Shown one piece after another: positions 37,012-46,423 of a stretch of 64,000 nt of DNA (within the stretch, counting starts at the first letter, position 1; each line of letters starts with the position of its first letter). A program made the translations under genes and the position numbers. The notes beneath the pieces were generated by a model, which did not search any database, was not told the origin of the DNA, and was given only the letters and a program-made list of their open reading frames with translations. The stretch covers positions 672-64,671 of the forward strand of contig CAZOMB010000004.1 of NCBI GenBank assembly GCA_964581105.1, written 5' to 3'. Origin of the DNA: Candidatus Micrarchaeota archaeon (GTDB lineage Archaea > Micrarchaeota > Micrarchaeia > Anstonellales > Anstonellaceae).

Positions 37012-38202
37012 TTGGTGAGATGCTTGCAAGTCTGCATATATTTCCAGGTCCATCAGCCAATGAGGCTTTCCTTATTCTCAATGTTTTCTGACAATGGGGA
37101 CTCTGGAGGGGCTTATTTTGACAAAGATTTGAACAGCAAAATAATGCAAAAGGTTGCTGAAAAGTGCTATATCCCTGCAAATCAGCTCATGCTTGAGCTT
37201 TTGGAAAACCACCCTGACTTTAAGATAAGCTATTCACTGACAGGGGTATTTATTGAGCAGTGCAAGCAGTTTGCGCCGCAAGTTTTGGAGTCTTTTGCTT
37301 CCCTTGCAAAAACAGGCAAAGTAGAGTTTTTGTCAGAGACCTATTATCACTCGCTTTCATACCTGTTTTCAGACAAGGACGAGTTTTTGGAGCAAATAAA
37401 GCTTCACAGCAAGGAAATCTCCTCATTTGCAAAGCCCTCAAAAGTATTCAGGAATACTGAGGCAATGTTTTCAAATGACATTGCCTATTTGGTTGAAAGG
37501 CTTGGGTATGAAGGCATACTTGCAGAAGGGCTTGAGCACATACTTGGCTGGCGCTCGCCAAACTACCTCTATACTGTGAATGGCTGCGAAAAAATCAAAG
37601 CCCTGCTTCGCCACTTCAAGCTTTCAGATGACATTGGCTACAGATTTTCTGCAAAATGGTGGAATGAACACCCGCTTACTGCAGACAAGTATGCGCGCTG
37701 GCTGTCAACCCTTCAGGGAGACTGTGTGAACATATTCATGGACTATGAGACATTTGGCGAGCACCACTGGAAAGACACAGGGATATTTGAGTTTTTAAGG
37801 CACTTGCCAACTGAGGTCGAAAAGCACAAGGATTTGCGGTTTGCAACCCCAACTGAGCTTGTGAAAAACATAGGGCCAAGGGATGACATAGATGTGCCCA
37901 ATTTGACCTCATGGGCAGACATGGAAAGGGACACATCTGCATGGCTTGGCAATGAAATGCAGAAAAACGCGTTTTCAGAGCTTGAAGCGCTTGGCGAAAA
38001 GGTAAAAGAGGCAAAGCATGATGGCTTGATGAGGACTTGGAGGATGCTTGGCAATTCAGACCATTTTTACTATATGTGCACAAAGTCATTGTCAGACCAG
38101 GATGTCCACAATTACTTTTCGCCCTATGACTCGCCTTTTGATGCCTACATAAACTACATGAACATATTGAATGATTTTCGGGAAAAAATTGGGAAAGTCT
38201 AA
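37012..38202 (+). CDS. Glycoside hydrolase family 57 protein
   Basis: The N-terminal CIYFQVHQPMR is the GH57 HQP motif. Its size and the adjacent GT are consistent with alpha-glucan metabolism. Confidence 0.6.
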   Translation: MVRCLQVCIYFQVHQPMRLSLFSMFSDNGDSGGAYFDKDLNSKIMQKVAEKCYIPANQLMLELLENHPDFKISYSLTGVFIEQCKQFAPQVLESFASLAKTGKVEFLSETYYHSLSYLFSDKDEFLEQIKLHSKEISSFAKPSKVFRNTEAMFSNDIAYLVERLGYEGILAEGLEHILGWRSPNYLYTVNGCEKIKALLRHFKLSDDIGYRFSAKWWNEHPLTADKYARWLSTLQGDCVNIFMDYETFGEHHWKDTGIFEFLRHLPTEVEKHKDLRFATPTELVKNIGPRDDIDVPNLTSWADMERDTSAWLGNEMQKNAFSELEALGEKVKEAKHDGLMRTWRMLGNSDHFYYMCTKSLSDQDVHNYFSPYDSPFDAYINYMNILNDFREKIGKV

Positions 38203-39206
38203 AGGCCACTCAGGTCAAATGCATCGTTCTTCTTGCCTATGCGGTAATTTCCAAAATTAGTGTTAATCTCCATATTAGTGCCTTTATGGTTTGAAGACAA
38301 ATAAAGCCGACCATTGCTCAGAACAAATTCTCTTTGCAAAAACCCAGTTCTAAGAGCAACTCTCACGTCTGATGAGACTGCAAAATCATTTGTGTGGGTG
38401 AGGAAACTAAAGCTCTCTGGCTCAATTGTTCCAAGATAAAAATCTTTACACGCTTCGTCAAACGAGTAACCGTACTCAGCCAGCCTGCTTTTAAGGTGCC
38501 AAAGATGCGGTGTTTCATCCAAGCCAGGGACCTGCTTGCCATTAAGGGAAAGTAAAAAGCCATATTCATTTCTTGGCCGTCCGTCAATATCTGTAATCGC
38601 AAAGACAAAATCCCCTATTTTGCCGTGCTTTTTGTGCCATACCTCATAGTTGCACTCTGATTCTGTGCTGGTTGTTTTGTTCAAGTAAGTCCGGCTGCCC
38701 CCAAGAAGAAGGTAATCTGCCTCAAAGTCAGCAATCTTCTTTATCTCATGAATTGAGTCTTCTGGGGCAAAAAAACCAATGTGCTCAAGCGCAAATGTGA
38801 CAAGCGATGAACTGTTTGATTTGACCACAGGCCCAGGCTCGATGCTTCTTTTCTCCATATATTTAAGCCAACTGGACAGGGATTCATACTGGTTTTCAAA
38901 AAGGCTGTCATTCTGAAGATATTCGAGGATGTGCAGGCCTATGCGCATTAATTGATCATCCTGATAACTTATTGACAGGCTATCAACAAGCTTTTGCTTT
39001 TCTTTTGCAAACCTTGGCTCTGTGCTTAGCGGATTTTTTTGCATGAAGTCAAGCAGCTCCTTGGAGTTGTTAAGTATCCTCTGCCTTGCATCTGACAAAC
39101 GCCTGGATACTGCAGTGCATGAGCCCCTAATCTGCCCTAATGCCTGCTTTCTTTCTTCTGGTGTACTGAATTTTGATGACATAACAATCAATCCCTTTTG
39201 TAGCAA
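38199..39206 (-). CDS. Hypothetical protein (335 aa) in a low-GC islet
   Basis: I recognise no motif. It overlaps the upstream gene by 19 nt. Confidence 0.4.
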   Translation of the reverse strand: MLQKGLIVMSSKFSTPEERKQALGQIRGSCTAVSRRLSDARQRILNNSKELLDFMQKNPLSTEPRFAKEKQKLVDSLSISYQDDQLMRIGLHILEYLQNDSLFENQYESLSSWLKYMEKRSIEPGPVVKSNSSSLVTFALEHIGFFAPEDSIHEIKKIADFEADYLLLGGSRTYLNKTTSTESECNYEVWHKKHGKIGDFVFAITDIDGRPRNEYGFLLSLNGKQVPGLDETPHLWHLKSRLAEYGYSFDEACKDFYLGTIEPESFSFLTHTNDFAVSSDVRVALRTGFLQREFVLSNGRLYLSSNHKGTNMEINTNFGNYRIGKKNDAFDLSGL

Positions 39207-40294
39207 CTCCTTGTAAGCTCTGATGATTTTTCTCCATTTTCATAAAGCCAAAGCTCGTTATTTCCAGGCTCAAGCCTTACTGAAAAATCCCCACTCTCAT
39301 CCTTAAGCTCAATTTTTGCTGAAGGCACTATTTTAAGGGAGCCAGCATCAGGCCATGACTCAATTGAAAACTGGAAAGCATCCGGCTTAACATCTTTCAT
39401 GTCAACGCAAAGGGCTTCATGGGTATAGCGTTTGACTCCCGGGGCTTTTGCTGATTTTAGAGGTATGCCCTGCTTCAGGTTTTTGTAGAGCAGCTCAAGG
39501 TCAAGCCTTGCTGTTTCAAGAAACAGCCGTAAAATAGCTTGGCAGTGCATACCCAATTTCTCAACCTGCAAGCCAGATACTTTCAGGTTAAAATCAAGTG
39601 TTTGAGCATCAATTATTTCTTTGCCCTTCTCATGAATAAGCTCATAAGAAAGAAGAGGCATTTTCAAAAGCCTGTCGGTTTCTTTCTTATTCTCGCAGGC
39701 AATCTTATGGGTTTGTACCCTTATCTCTCCAACTCTGTCCTTGAGTTCTTCGGAAAATATTCTATAAGTTTTCGCAGTTGGTCTGGCTGGAGGAGGAAAT
39801 ATCCAATCCACATGAAGGTCAATTGGAAGGAACAGCCTACTTGTGAAACTGAAAACATAGTTCATTGCTTCATCTCCAGCCCCATAATATGCAAGAAGAG
39901 GAAGGAGAGACTTGTTCTTTTTCATCAAATAATCGTTTTTTGCATCTGCAAAATAGCTTGGCTGGACTTTCTGGACATTCTCTTTATCTCCATGTATTGC
40001 TTTTCCAAAAATAGATACTTTCTGCAAATCATCGCTTGTTTTGACAACATGGTAAGAATAAGACAACCAATGCCTAGCCTCAAACTCAAAAGCCCTGAAG
40101 TTGCGCACCATCCTTTTATTGTCTTCTGATTTGGCACTACCTTCATCCAGGAAACTTCCTTTGACACACCTGTCAATAGCAAGAGTTCTGCCTAATTCTT
40201 CATCTACTCTTTTCTTAAGAACTCCAAAAGCTTGCCTAGTTTCTTCCACGTCTTTTGCTGCCTTATTCCTAATGTTTTCCAATACTTTTTGCAT
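39188..40294 (-). CDS. Hypothetical protein (368 aa) in a low-GC islet
   Basis: I recognise no motif. Composition is AT-richer than the neighbours. Confidence 0.4.
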   Translation of the reverse strand: MQKVLENIRNKAAKDVEETRQAFGVLKKRVDEELGRTLAIDRCVKGSFLDEGSAKSEDNKRMVRNFRAFEFEARHWLSYSYHVVKTSDDLQKVSIFGKAIHGDKENVQKVQPSYFADAKNDYLMKKNKSLLPLLAYYGAGDEAMNYVFSFTSRLFLPIDLHVDWIFPPPARPTAKTYRIFSEELKDRVGEIRVQTHKIACENKKETDRLLKMPLLSYELIHEKGKEIIDAQTLDFNLKVSGLQVEKLGMHCQAILRLFLETARLDLELLYKNLKQGIPLKSAKAPGVKRYTHEALCVDMKDVKPDAFQFSIESWPDAGSLKIVPSAKIELKDESGDFSVRLEPGNNELWLYENGEKSSELTRSCYKRD

Positions 40295-40412
40295 GGGGAA
40301 AATATGCTCTCTTCCCTTTTTAAATGTAATGCTGTTCCACTAATAACCACTACTATAATCTTATGCCAAACCCAAGCATTAGCAGTAAGTATATAATCCT
40401 CTTTTCCGATTT

Positions 40413-43118
40413 GTGAGCATGGCAGCAGCAAGGCAGGTAAAAGGCATGGGCAGGCAGAAAATGCTTGCAATGGTGCAAATGCTCAAAAGCGATGAAAACC
40501 TCGGGGATGCACTGCTGGTTGCGCTTGGCACGCTTTTCCTGCTTTCATCATTCATTTTTTATCCCCTTTATCTGGTGCCAGTGCTTGCTGCAATAACAGG
40601 CGCAATTGCTTACAAAAAGCCGCCATTAGGGACAATTGCTGCAATGTTCATAGCATTTCCAGCAGTTGCATATCAGGCGCCTGTTCTTGCCTGGGTATTT
40701 ACCCTGGCAATAGCAATAACCTTGTTTGAGGCATGGAACCATTGGAGCACAATCTCATTTTTGCAAATAGCAATACTTGCGCCGTTTGCCGCCTTTCCAT
40801 TTTCTCTGCTTTCCGGCTTTTTGTTCTTGGCCTTGGGAATTGCTGCCTTAAGGTTTGGAAGCAGTCACAGCTTTGCAGTCTCATTGCCAGCAATTTTTGT
40901 TGTTCTTTTGCTCTCTTCAGTATGGATGCAGCCAACAGAATCTTTCATAACAATATCAAACCAGTACTTGTCGCTTTATTCGCCAGCAATGGCCCAGCTT
41001 CAGAACAGCGCTTTGCCAGAGGTTGGGATTTTTGAGATGGCACCAGCAGCAGGAGGGGCAATTGCATCGATTTTCAGTGCGCAAAGCATAATTGCAGTTT
41101 CCCCTGCCCTTGGAAAACTTGTGAGCAATGCCTATCTTCTGATTTTCCAGGACTATGCAATTATCCAGCTGCTGGTATGGGCTGTTGCACTTTTTGTTTG
41201 CGCATTTTTGCCTGCAAGGCTTGACAGAGAGTACAAGCAGTCAATCTCATGCCTTGCCCTGTTCCTTGTGCCAATAACAAACTTTTTTGTTGCGCCTGCT
41301 TTTAACAACCCGTTTGACAGCATTTCATTTGCCTATTGCGCAGCATCAGTTGCAATAGTATTTGCAATGGAGCACTATGGCTTCAAGCTGAGCAGGGAAA
41401 GGATTGTGATGAGAAGGCAAAAGCAAAAGGCATTTGGAAAGTTTGGCATCCAAGACCTTGGAGATTCAGCAGGAGTTGAGTCGCTTGAGGATGTTGGGGG
41501 CTATAAGGACGTAAAAACAGAGCTGCAGGAGGCAATAATATCCCCAATAAAGAAAAAAGAGCTTGCCTATACATATGGGATAAAGCCCCCAAACGGAATT
41601 TTGCTTTTTGGCCCGCCTGGCACAGGAAAAACTTTGCTGATGAAAGCCCTTGCAAAGGAGCTGAATATTGGGTTTTATTATGTCAAGTGCTCTGACCTTT
41701 TGTCAGAGTGGTACGGGGAAAGCGAAAAAAACCTTTCAGAGGTATTTGCAAGCGCAAGAAAGAATGCGCCTTGCGTGCTTTTTTTTGATGAGATAGATTC
41801 CATTGGAAAAAAGAGAGACTCTTACACTTCTGACGACGTAGCCCCAAGAATAATGAGTGTGCTGCTGCAAGAGCTTGACGGATTTAGGGAAAAGAAAAAG
41901 ACTGTGATAACTATAGGGGCAACAAACATACCTGACCAGCTGGACCCTGCCTTGATGAGGCCTGGCAGGTTTGACAAGATAATTTACATGCCATTGCCAG
42001 ATGAGGCAGCAAGAAAAGCAATCTTTAAGGTGCATTTGAAAAAGCTGCCAGTTGACCAGGACCTTGACTTTGCAAAGCTGGCTGCAAAAACAAAAAGATA
42101 TTCTGGGGCAGACATAAAAAATATCTGCACAGAGGCAACCCGCCTTGCTGCAAAAGAGGCAGTAAAATCAGACGTTGTTGTGCCTGTGTCAATGAAACAC
42201 ATTCTTTCAACAATAAAAAAGCTCAAGCCTTCTGTCTCGCTATCCTCAATTGAGACTTACAAGAAGTTTAGGATGGATTATGAAAGAAGAAGCGAGGCAC
42301 AGGAAAAAAGCCCTGATGCAAAAGGAGTGCGCTGGGAAGATGTTGCAGGCCTTAAAGAGGTCAGAAGAGAGCTGCTTGAATCTATTGAGATTCCTCTTCT
42401 CCACGAGGACTTGATGAAAGACATGGATGTCCAGCCAAGCAAAGGATTGCTTCTTTTTGGCCCGCCTGGCTGCGGAAAAACAATGATAGTAAAGGCAGCT
42501 GCAAATGAGCTTAATGCAAACTTTCTCACAATATCAGGCGCAGAGCTTATGAAAGACAGGAGCAAAAGTCCCTCAGCCCATGTAAAGGAGATATTTAACA
42601 GGGCAAGAGAATCAGCGCCAGCCCTGATTTTCATTGACGAAATAGAAGCCTTGGCACCAAGCAGGGACCAGTACAGGGGGGGAATCCTTACTGAGCTTTT
42701 GCAGGAGCTTGACGGGATAAATGAGCTGAAAAATGTGCTTCTTGTCGGCGCAACAAACAAGCCAGGCACACTTGATGCTGCAATTTTAAGGCCTGGCAGG
42801 TTTGACAAGATAATTTACATACCGCCTCCAGACGAGCCTGCAAGGAAAAAGATATTTACAATAAATTTGGCAAAATTCCTGAAAGCAGTGAGCCTTGACA
42901 GGCTGGCAAAAGCAAGCGAGGGCTTTTCAGGCGCTGACATTGCCTCTGTATGCCAAAAGGCAAAAATGCAGATGGTAAGAAACAGGTTGAGAGGAAAGCC
43001 CTCAGCACTGAAAACAGCAGACGTAATAAGGATAATTGAAAAGAGAAGGCCATCAATAACGCAAAAGGCCTTGAGAAACTATTTTGCATTCATGCAGGAA
43101 TATGGCGAAAGAAAGTAA
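40413..43118 (+). CDS. Membrane-anchored Cdc48/VCP-like double-AAA ATPase (N-terminal polytopic domain, then D1 and D2 AAA modules)
   Basis: About 330 aa carrying 8-10 hydrophobic helices come first. [14 protein letters not shown]...[12 protein letters not shown] is D1 and [14 protein letters not shown]...[10 protein letters not shown] is D2. Both have second-region-of-homology arginines (PGRFDKIIY twice). Confidence 0.8.
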   Translation: MSMAAARQVKGMGRQKMLAMVQMLKSDENLGDALLVALGTLFLLSSFIFYPLYLVPVLAAITGAIAYKKPPLGTIAAMFIAFPAVAYQAPVLAWVFTLAIAITLFEAWNHWSTISFLQIAILAPFAAFPFSLLSGFLFLALGIAALRFGSSHSFAVSLPAIFVVLLLSSVWMQPTESFITISNQYLSLYSPAMAQLQNSALPEVGIFEMAPAAGGAIASIFSAQSIIAVSPALGKLVSNAYLLIFQDYAIIQLLVWAVALFVCAFLPARLDREYKQSISCLALFLVPITNFFVAPAFNNPFDSISFAYCAASVAIVFAMEHYGFKLSRERIVMRRQKQKAFGKFGIQDLGDSAGVESLEDVGGYKDVKTELQEAIISPIKKKELAYTYGIKPPNGILLFGPPGTGKTLLMKALAKELNIGFYYVKCSDLLSEWYGESEKNLSEVFASARKNAPCVLFFDEIDSIGKKRDSYTSDDVAPRIMSVLLQELDGFREKKKTVITIGATNIPDQLDPALMRPGRFDKIIYMPLPDEAARKAIFKVHLKKLPVDQDLDFAKLAAKTKRYSGADIKNICTEATRLAAKEAVKSDVVVPVSMKHILSTIKKLKPSVSLSSIETYKKFRMDYERRSEAQEKSPDAKGVRWEDVAGLKEVRRELLESIEIPLLHEDLMKDMDVQPSKGLLLFGPPGCGKTMIVKAAANELNANFLTISGAELMKDRSKSPSAHVKEIFNRARESAPALIFIDEIEALAPSRDQYRGGILTELLQELDGINELKNVLLVGATNKPGTLDAAILRPGRFDKIIYIPPPDEPARKKIFTINLAKFLKAVSLDRLAKASEGFSGADIASVCQKAKMQMVRNRLRGKPSALKTADVIRIIEKRRPSITQKALRNYFAFMQEYGERK

Positions 43119-43262
43119 GCTATTATAGCTTTGTTATAAGTTTGCTTTTTTCAGGGGAAATAAGGCGAGGAAAACAGAAATTGACTTTATTTGCCTTTTT
43201 TAACAACCAAACTTCGTCAGTTTTATGGTGATTAATACTGGCATTGTCGATATTAAACCTTT

Positions 43263-43305
43263 TATTTATAAACTATTTTTTAAAAAACTCATAAAAATTT
43301 ATAAA
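43263..43305 (+). promoter_or_regulatory. Two TTTATAAAC TATA-like boxes in an AT-rich leader upstream of the S-layer candidate
   Basis: ttttatttataaac and aaatttataaacat are visible. A leader of about 170 nt precedes the start codon. Confidence 0.4.
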
Positions 43306-43471
43306 CATAGCTCAAGACATCCTTCCTGCCTTCCTATGAGGGGCGCTTGACCACGCTCTGAGGTTAAGGGGTATGAAAAAGAAAAATTGAATGAAATCGA
43401 TACAGGGCAAAAAATACATGTCGTCGATAAATTTTGTACCATGCCCTGAAAGACGACATTGAGGTGAAAAA

Positions 43472-46255
43472 ATGAAAGGGATAAACGTAAAGAAAATTGC
43501 GGCCCTTGCCGGCACGGGTATCCTTTTGGGAGCCAGCTTAGGTTTCGCCGATGTAGTATATGGCGACACCCAGGTTGTTGACCAGAATGGACAACCGACA
43601 GTAAAGGTTTATGTCGGCAGCGCAGCAGCAATCTCTGACGGTGTGGCAGCAGCCAACATCGCAGCAAAGATTGCAAACGAGGCATATATGAGCTCGACTC
43701 TGACTGCCTCAGTGAGCGGAGACCCGACCTGCACAGTCGGATCTGACGTTGGTGGAACTGGAACTTGCGAACTCGTTGAGAGCAGCAAGACAGTTACTCT
43801 TGAAGTAACCCTGCCAGGAAGCATTGCAGGAACCCACCAGTTTAAGACGCTCATAACAGACACGGTTGACAGGACCCTGCAAAACAGGAATGCCACAAGG
43901 TCTGAGGACAACTATACCTCAACCATGGGCTCTTCTGACACGTCAGGTGCACTTACTTCACCGCTTAGGGCGGTAGAAGGAGACACTGCAAGGGCAAAGA
44001 ACCTTTACAAGATTGGTTCTGGCCAATTCACTGGCTTTGCTGACTACTCTATGGTAGACACACAGGCAGTGAGCACCACGTACACTGAAGAGCAGAACTT
44101 TTGGGTTGGCTCTACTGTGGGCGGTGTTAAGTATGATTCCTCTTCAGCATATAGGGACATCATAGTTAACAAGTTCAGAGCAATGGCCTATAACCTGAAG
44201 TTCACTGGTAATGACTATGGTATTCCAGTGTGCACTGGAGACCTTAACTCAACCCTATCTGACGACTGGACGAGTTGCGCAACTGACTCCAACTCAAGGA
44301 CTGACAGGCACAGGCTTAAGCTTAAGTTCCTGGGTTCTGAGTGGATAATCAGTGAAATGAATGACCCTGTCCTCACAATGAGGAGCCAGGTCAATGCAAC
44401 CAGCGGAGGAACTGTCAAGCTTGCCAAAGAGGCAAAGTATGGCATTGTCCAGGTCGGAGGAGTGCTCGACGCAGGAACATTCCAGATCAGGCTGTCAGAC
44501 ATTTCAGTCGCAGTCGGAGCTGCAAATGTGCACCCTGCAATCATTGACGTGCTCGACGCCAACGAGGCAGTCGTAGGACAGATTCAGGTCGACCCAGGCT
44601 CTACCTATACTTTCACTCAGAGCGGAACTGGCAACACAGTGAAGATTCACGTGTATAAGACTGCGCCAGGTTTCACACTGAACGCAAAGTGGGCAGAGAT
44701 GGCAATCTACTCTGATGAGGTTACCCTTAAGGATGGCCAGAGATACAACCTTGTTTCATCCACTGACACTGACAAGAACTTTAAGGTGTCTTTGATTTGG
44801 AAGAACAGGGACTTTACTGGCTCAACAGGAGGAAACGACTCATCTGCAGACTCACTTCGTGAGATCGTTGTGTATAACATTGACGGTCTTGACAGCAAAG
44901 TGGCTGCAGGAGATGTTGTAAACTTCCTTGAGGCAGCACCAACATTTAAGCTGACCTACAATGGGCTTGACCTTACTGACGACGACTACCAGCCTCTTAC
45001 ATATGACGCTCTGTCACCAGACACATACCGTGTTGCAACCACCACAGGTGATGTTGCATGCGGCGCAACAAGTGCTGCTGACTGGTCATATGCAGACGCC
45101 AAGTGGGTTGAGATAAAGACTGGCGGAGTCCAGCTTCTCGGAGGAAGTGGCACCAACCTTATCAATGGTGGCTACTTGCTTGAGAAGGTTTACTTTGACC
45201 CAATCGGTAGATACAACAACAGCAGCTCAACCTTTAATGGGACCTTTAACCAGAGCGTGCGGAAGGAGATGTGGAACCCCACTATCTTCTGGAAGGTTTC
45301 AGGAAGGGACTGCTATAACTGGAACAGCTTTAGCTACGAAGGTGCAGCATACACAACCACTGACTCAAACGCAGTTAGGTTTGAGACAGCCGGCGACAAC
45401 ACTGCTGCACTTGGTGGAATCTTCTTCACCAACAATTCAACCCTTACGACAACTGCCTCTGATACGGCAAGTTTCCAGGGAGCAATTGTTCTGAAAGAAG
45501 ACGCTGGCTACTATGGATTGACCAGCAACAACGCAGTGTACACTGCTATACCGTATATTGCAAACGGAAGCAGCAGCACAAGCGGAACCAACCCCTTCAG
45601 GTTTAGGACTGCGGACTCATCTACTCAGCAGGCATATTACAACTCGCTTGCTGGCGGTATCTGGTTCACAGGCTATGAGCCAACATTTGTAAGTGAGAGG
45701 GGATCAAAGGTTACCAGCGTTGGAACCACTGACGCAGACTTCAAGGTTGCAAAGAGAGTCGGACTCGCGGAGTTCAACTTTGCCTTTGCAGACACCTCAG
45801 CCGCAACCGGCGGAGAGGAATATGTGCTTGGAGTTGGCGACAGCAAAGTGTTTGGTGGCGTGACTGTATTGGTCAAGGCCATTGACGCTGATTGCGGAAG
45901 CTGCTCAGTTCTCGGCCCAGGCGGAACACCTGCATGCACTGTTGACACAACAGACCTTACTGCTGTGATTAACCCGAACAACGCGGCATCTGTTGAGGTA
46001 ACTGAACCTTACAAGCTGACCTCTAACATGGTCATGCTTGACACAGATGGCCCAAGCGCTGGCGTGGCAATTACAGTCGGTGGACCTGCTGTCAACACAA
46101 TGACTGCAGACGCTCTCCAAGACTCAAGTGTTGACTTCAACGTTGACACTGTAGTCGTTAAGGAGGTCGGCAACAAGATAGTTGTTGCAGGACTGACTGC
46201 TGAGGACACTTTGACTGCTGCAGACCAGTTTATTGCTGGTGTGAAGAGGCAGTAA
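43472..46255 (+). CDS. Major cell-surface (S-layer candidate) protein, 927 aa
   Basis: It has a signal peptide. Codon usage is strongly NNC/NNG-biased (GAC, AAC, AAG, TTC, TAC), unlike the rest of the window. It has a long leader and strong promoter. A hairpin plus oligo-T terminator follows. A paralog lies at 19593-22271. Confidence 0.6.
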   Translation: MKGINVKKIAALAGTGILLGASLGFADVVYGDTQVVDQNGQPTVKVYVGSAAAISDGVAAANIAAKIANEAYMSSTLTASVSGDPTCTVGSDVGGTGTCELVESSKTVTLEVTLPGSIAGTHQFKTLITDTVDRTLQNRNATRSEDNYTSTMGSSDTSGALTSPLRAVEGDTARAKNLYKIGSGQFTGFADYSMVDTQAVSTTYTEEQNFWVGSTVGGVKYDSSSAYRDIIVNKFRAMAYNLKFTGNDYGIPVCTGDLNSTLSDDWTSCATDSNSRTDRHRLKLKFLGSEWIISEMNDPVLTMRSQVNATSGGTVKLAKEAKYGIVQVGGVLDAGTFQIRLSDISVAVGAANVHPAIIDVLDANEAVVGQIQVDPGSTYTFTQSGTGNTVKIHVYKTAPGFTLNAKWAEMAIYSDEVTLKDGQRYNLVSSTDTDKNFKVSLIWKNRDFTGSTGGNDSSADSLREIVVYNIDGLDSKVAAGDVVNFLEAAPTFKLTYNGLDLTDDDYQPLTYDALSPDTYRVATTTGDVACGATSAADWSYADAKWVEIKTGGVQLLGGSGTNLINGGYLLEKVYFDPIGRYNNSSSTFNGTFNQSVRKEMWNPTIFWKVSGRDCYNWNSFSYEGAAYTTTDSNAVRFETAGDNTAALGGIFFTNNSTLTTTASDTASFQGAIVLKEDAGYYGLTSNNAVYTAIPYIANGSSSTSGTNPFRFRTADSSTQQAYYNSLAGGIWFTGYEPTFVSERGSKVTSVGTTDADFKVAKRVGLAEFNFAFADTSAATGGEEYVLGVGDSKVFGGVTVLVKAIDADCGSCSVLGPGGTPACTVDTTDLTAVINPNNAASVEVTEPYKLTSNMVMLDTDGPSAGVAITVGGPAVNTMTADALQDSSVDFNVDTVVVKEVGNKIVVAGLTAEDTLTAADQFIAGVKRQ

Positions 46256-46267
46256 AGGTAGCCAAAC

Positions 46268-46313
46268 GGGAAAGTGAAAGCTTTCCCACCCTTTTTTCTT
46301 TTTCTGTTTTTTT
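46268..46313 (+). terminator. Hairpin (GGGAAAG...CTTTCCC) followed by a T-tract (CTTTTTTCTTTTTCTGTTTTTTT)
   Basis: This is visible directly downstream of the 927-aa gene. Confidence 0.5.
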
Positions 46314-46423
46314 ACAATTCTTAGCAAGAGCCCTGCCAAAACTAATACTTATATAAATTCTGGGAGGCGAAATTTAGGTAGCGCGCTTGCTGCGACCAAA
46401 AGCGCGCATAAGGTGGTGCTTGA

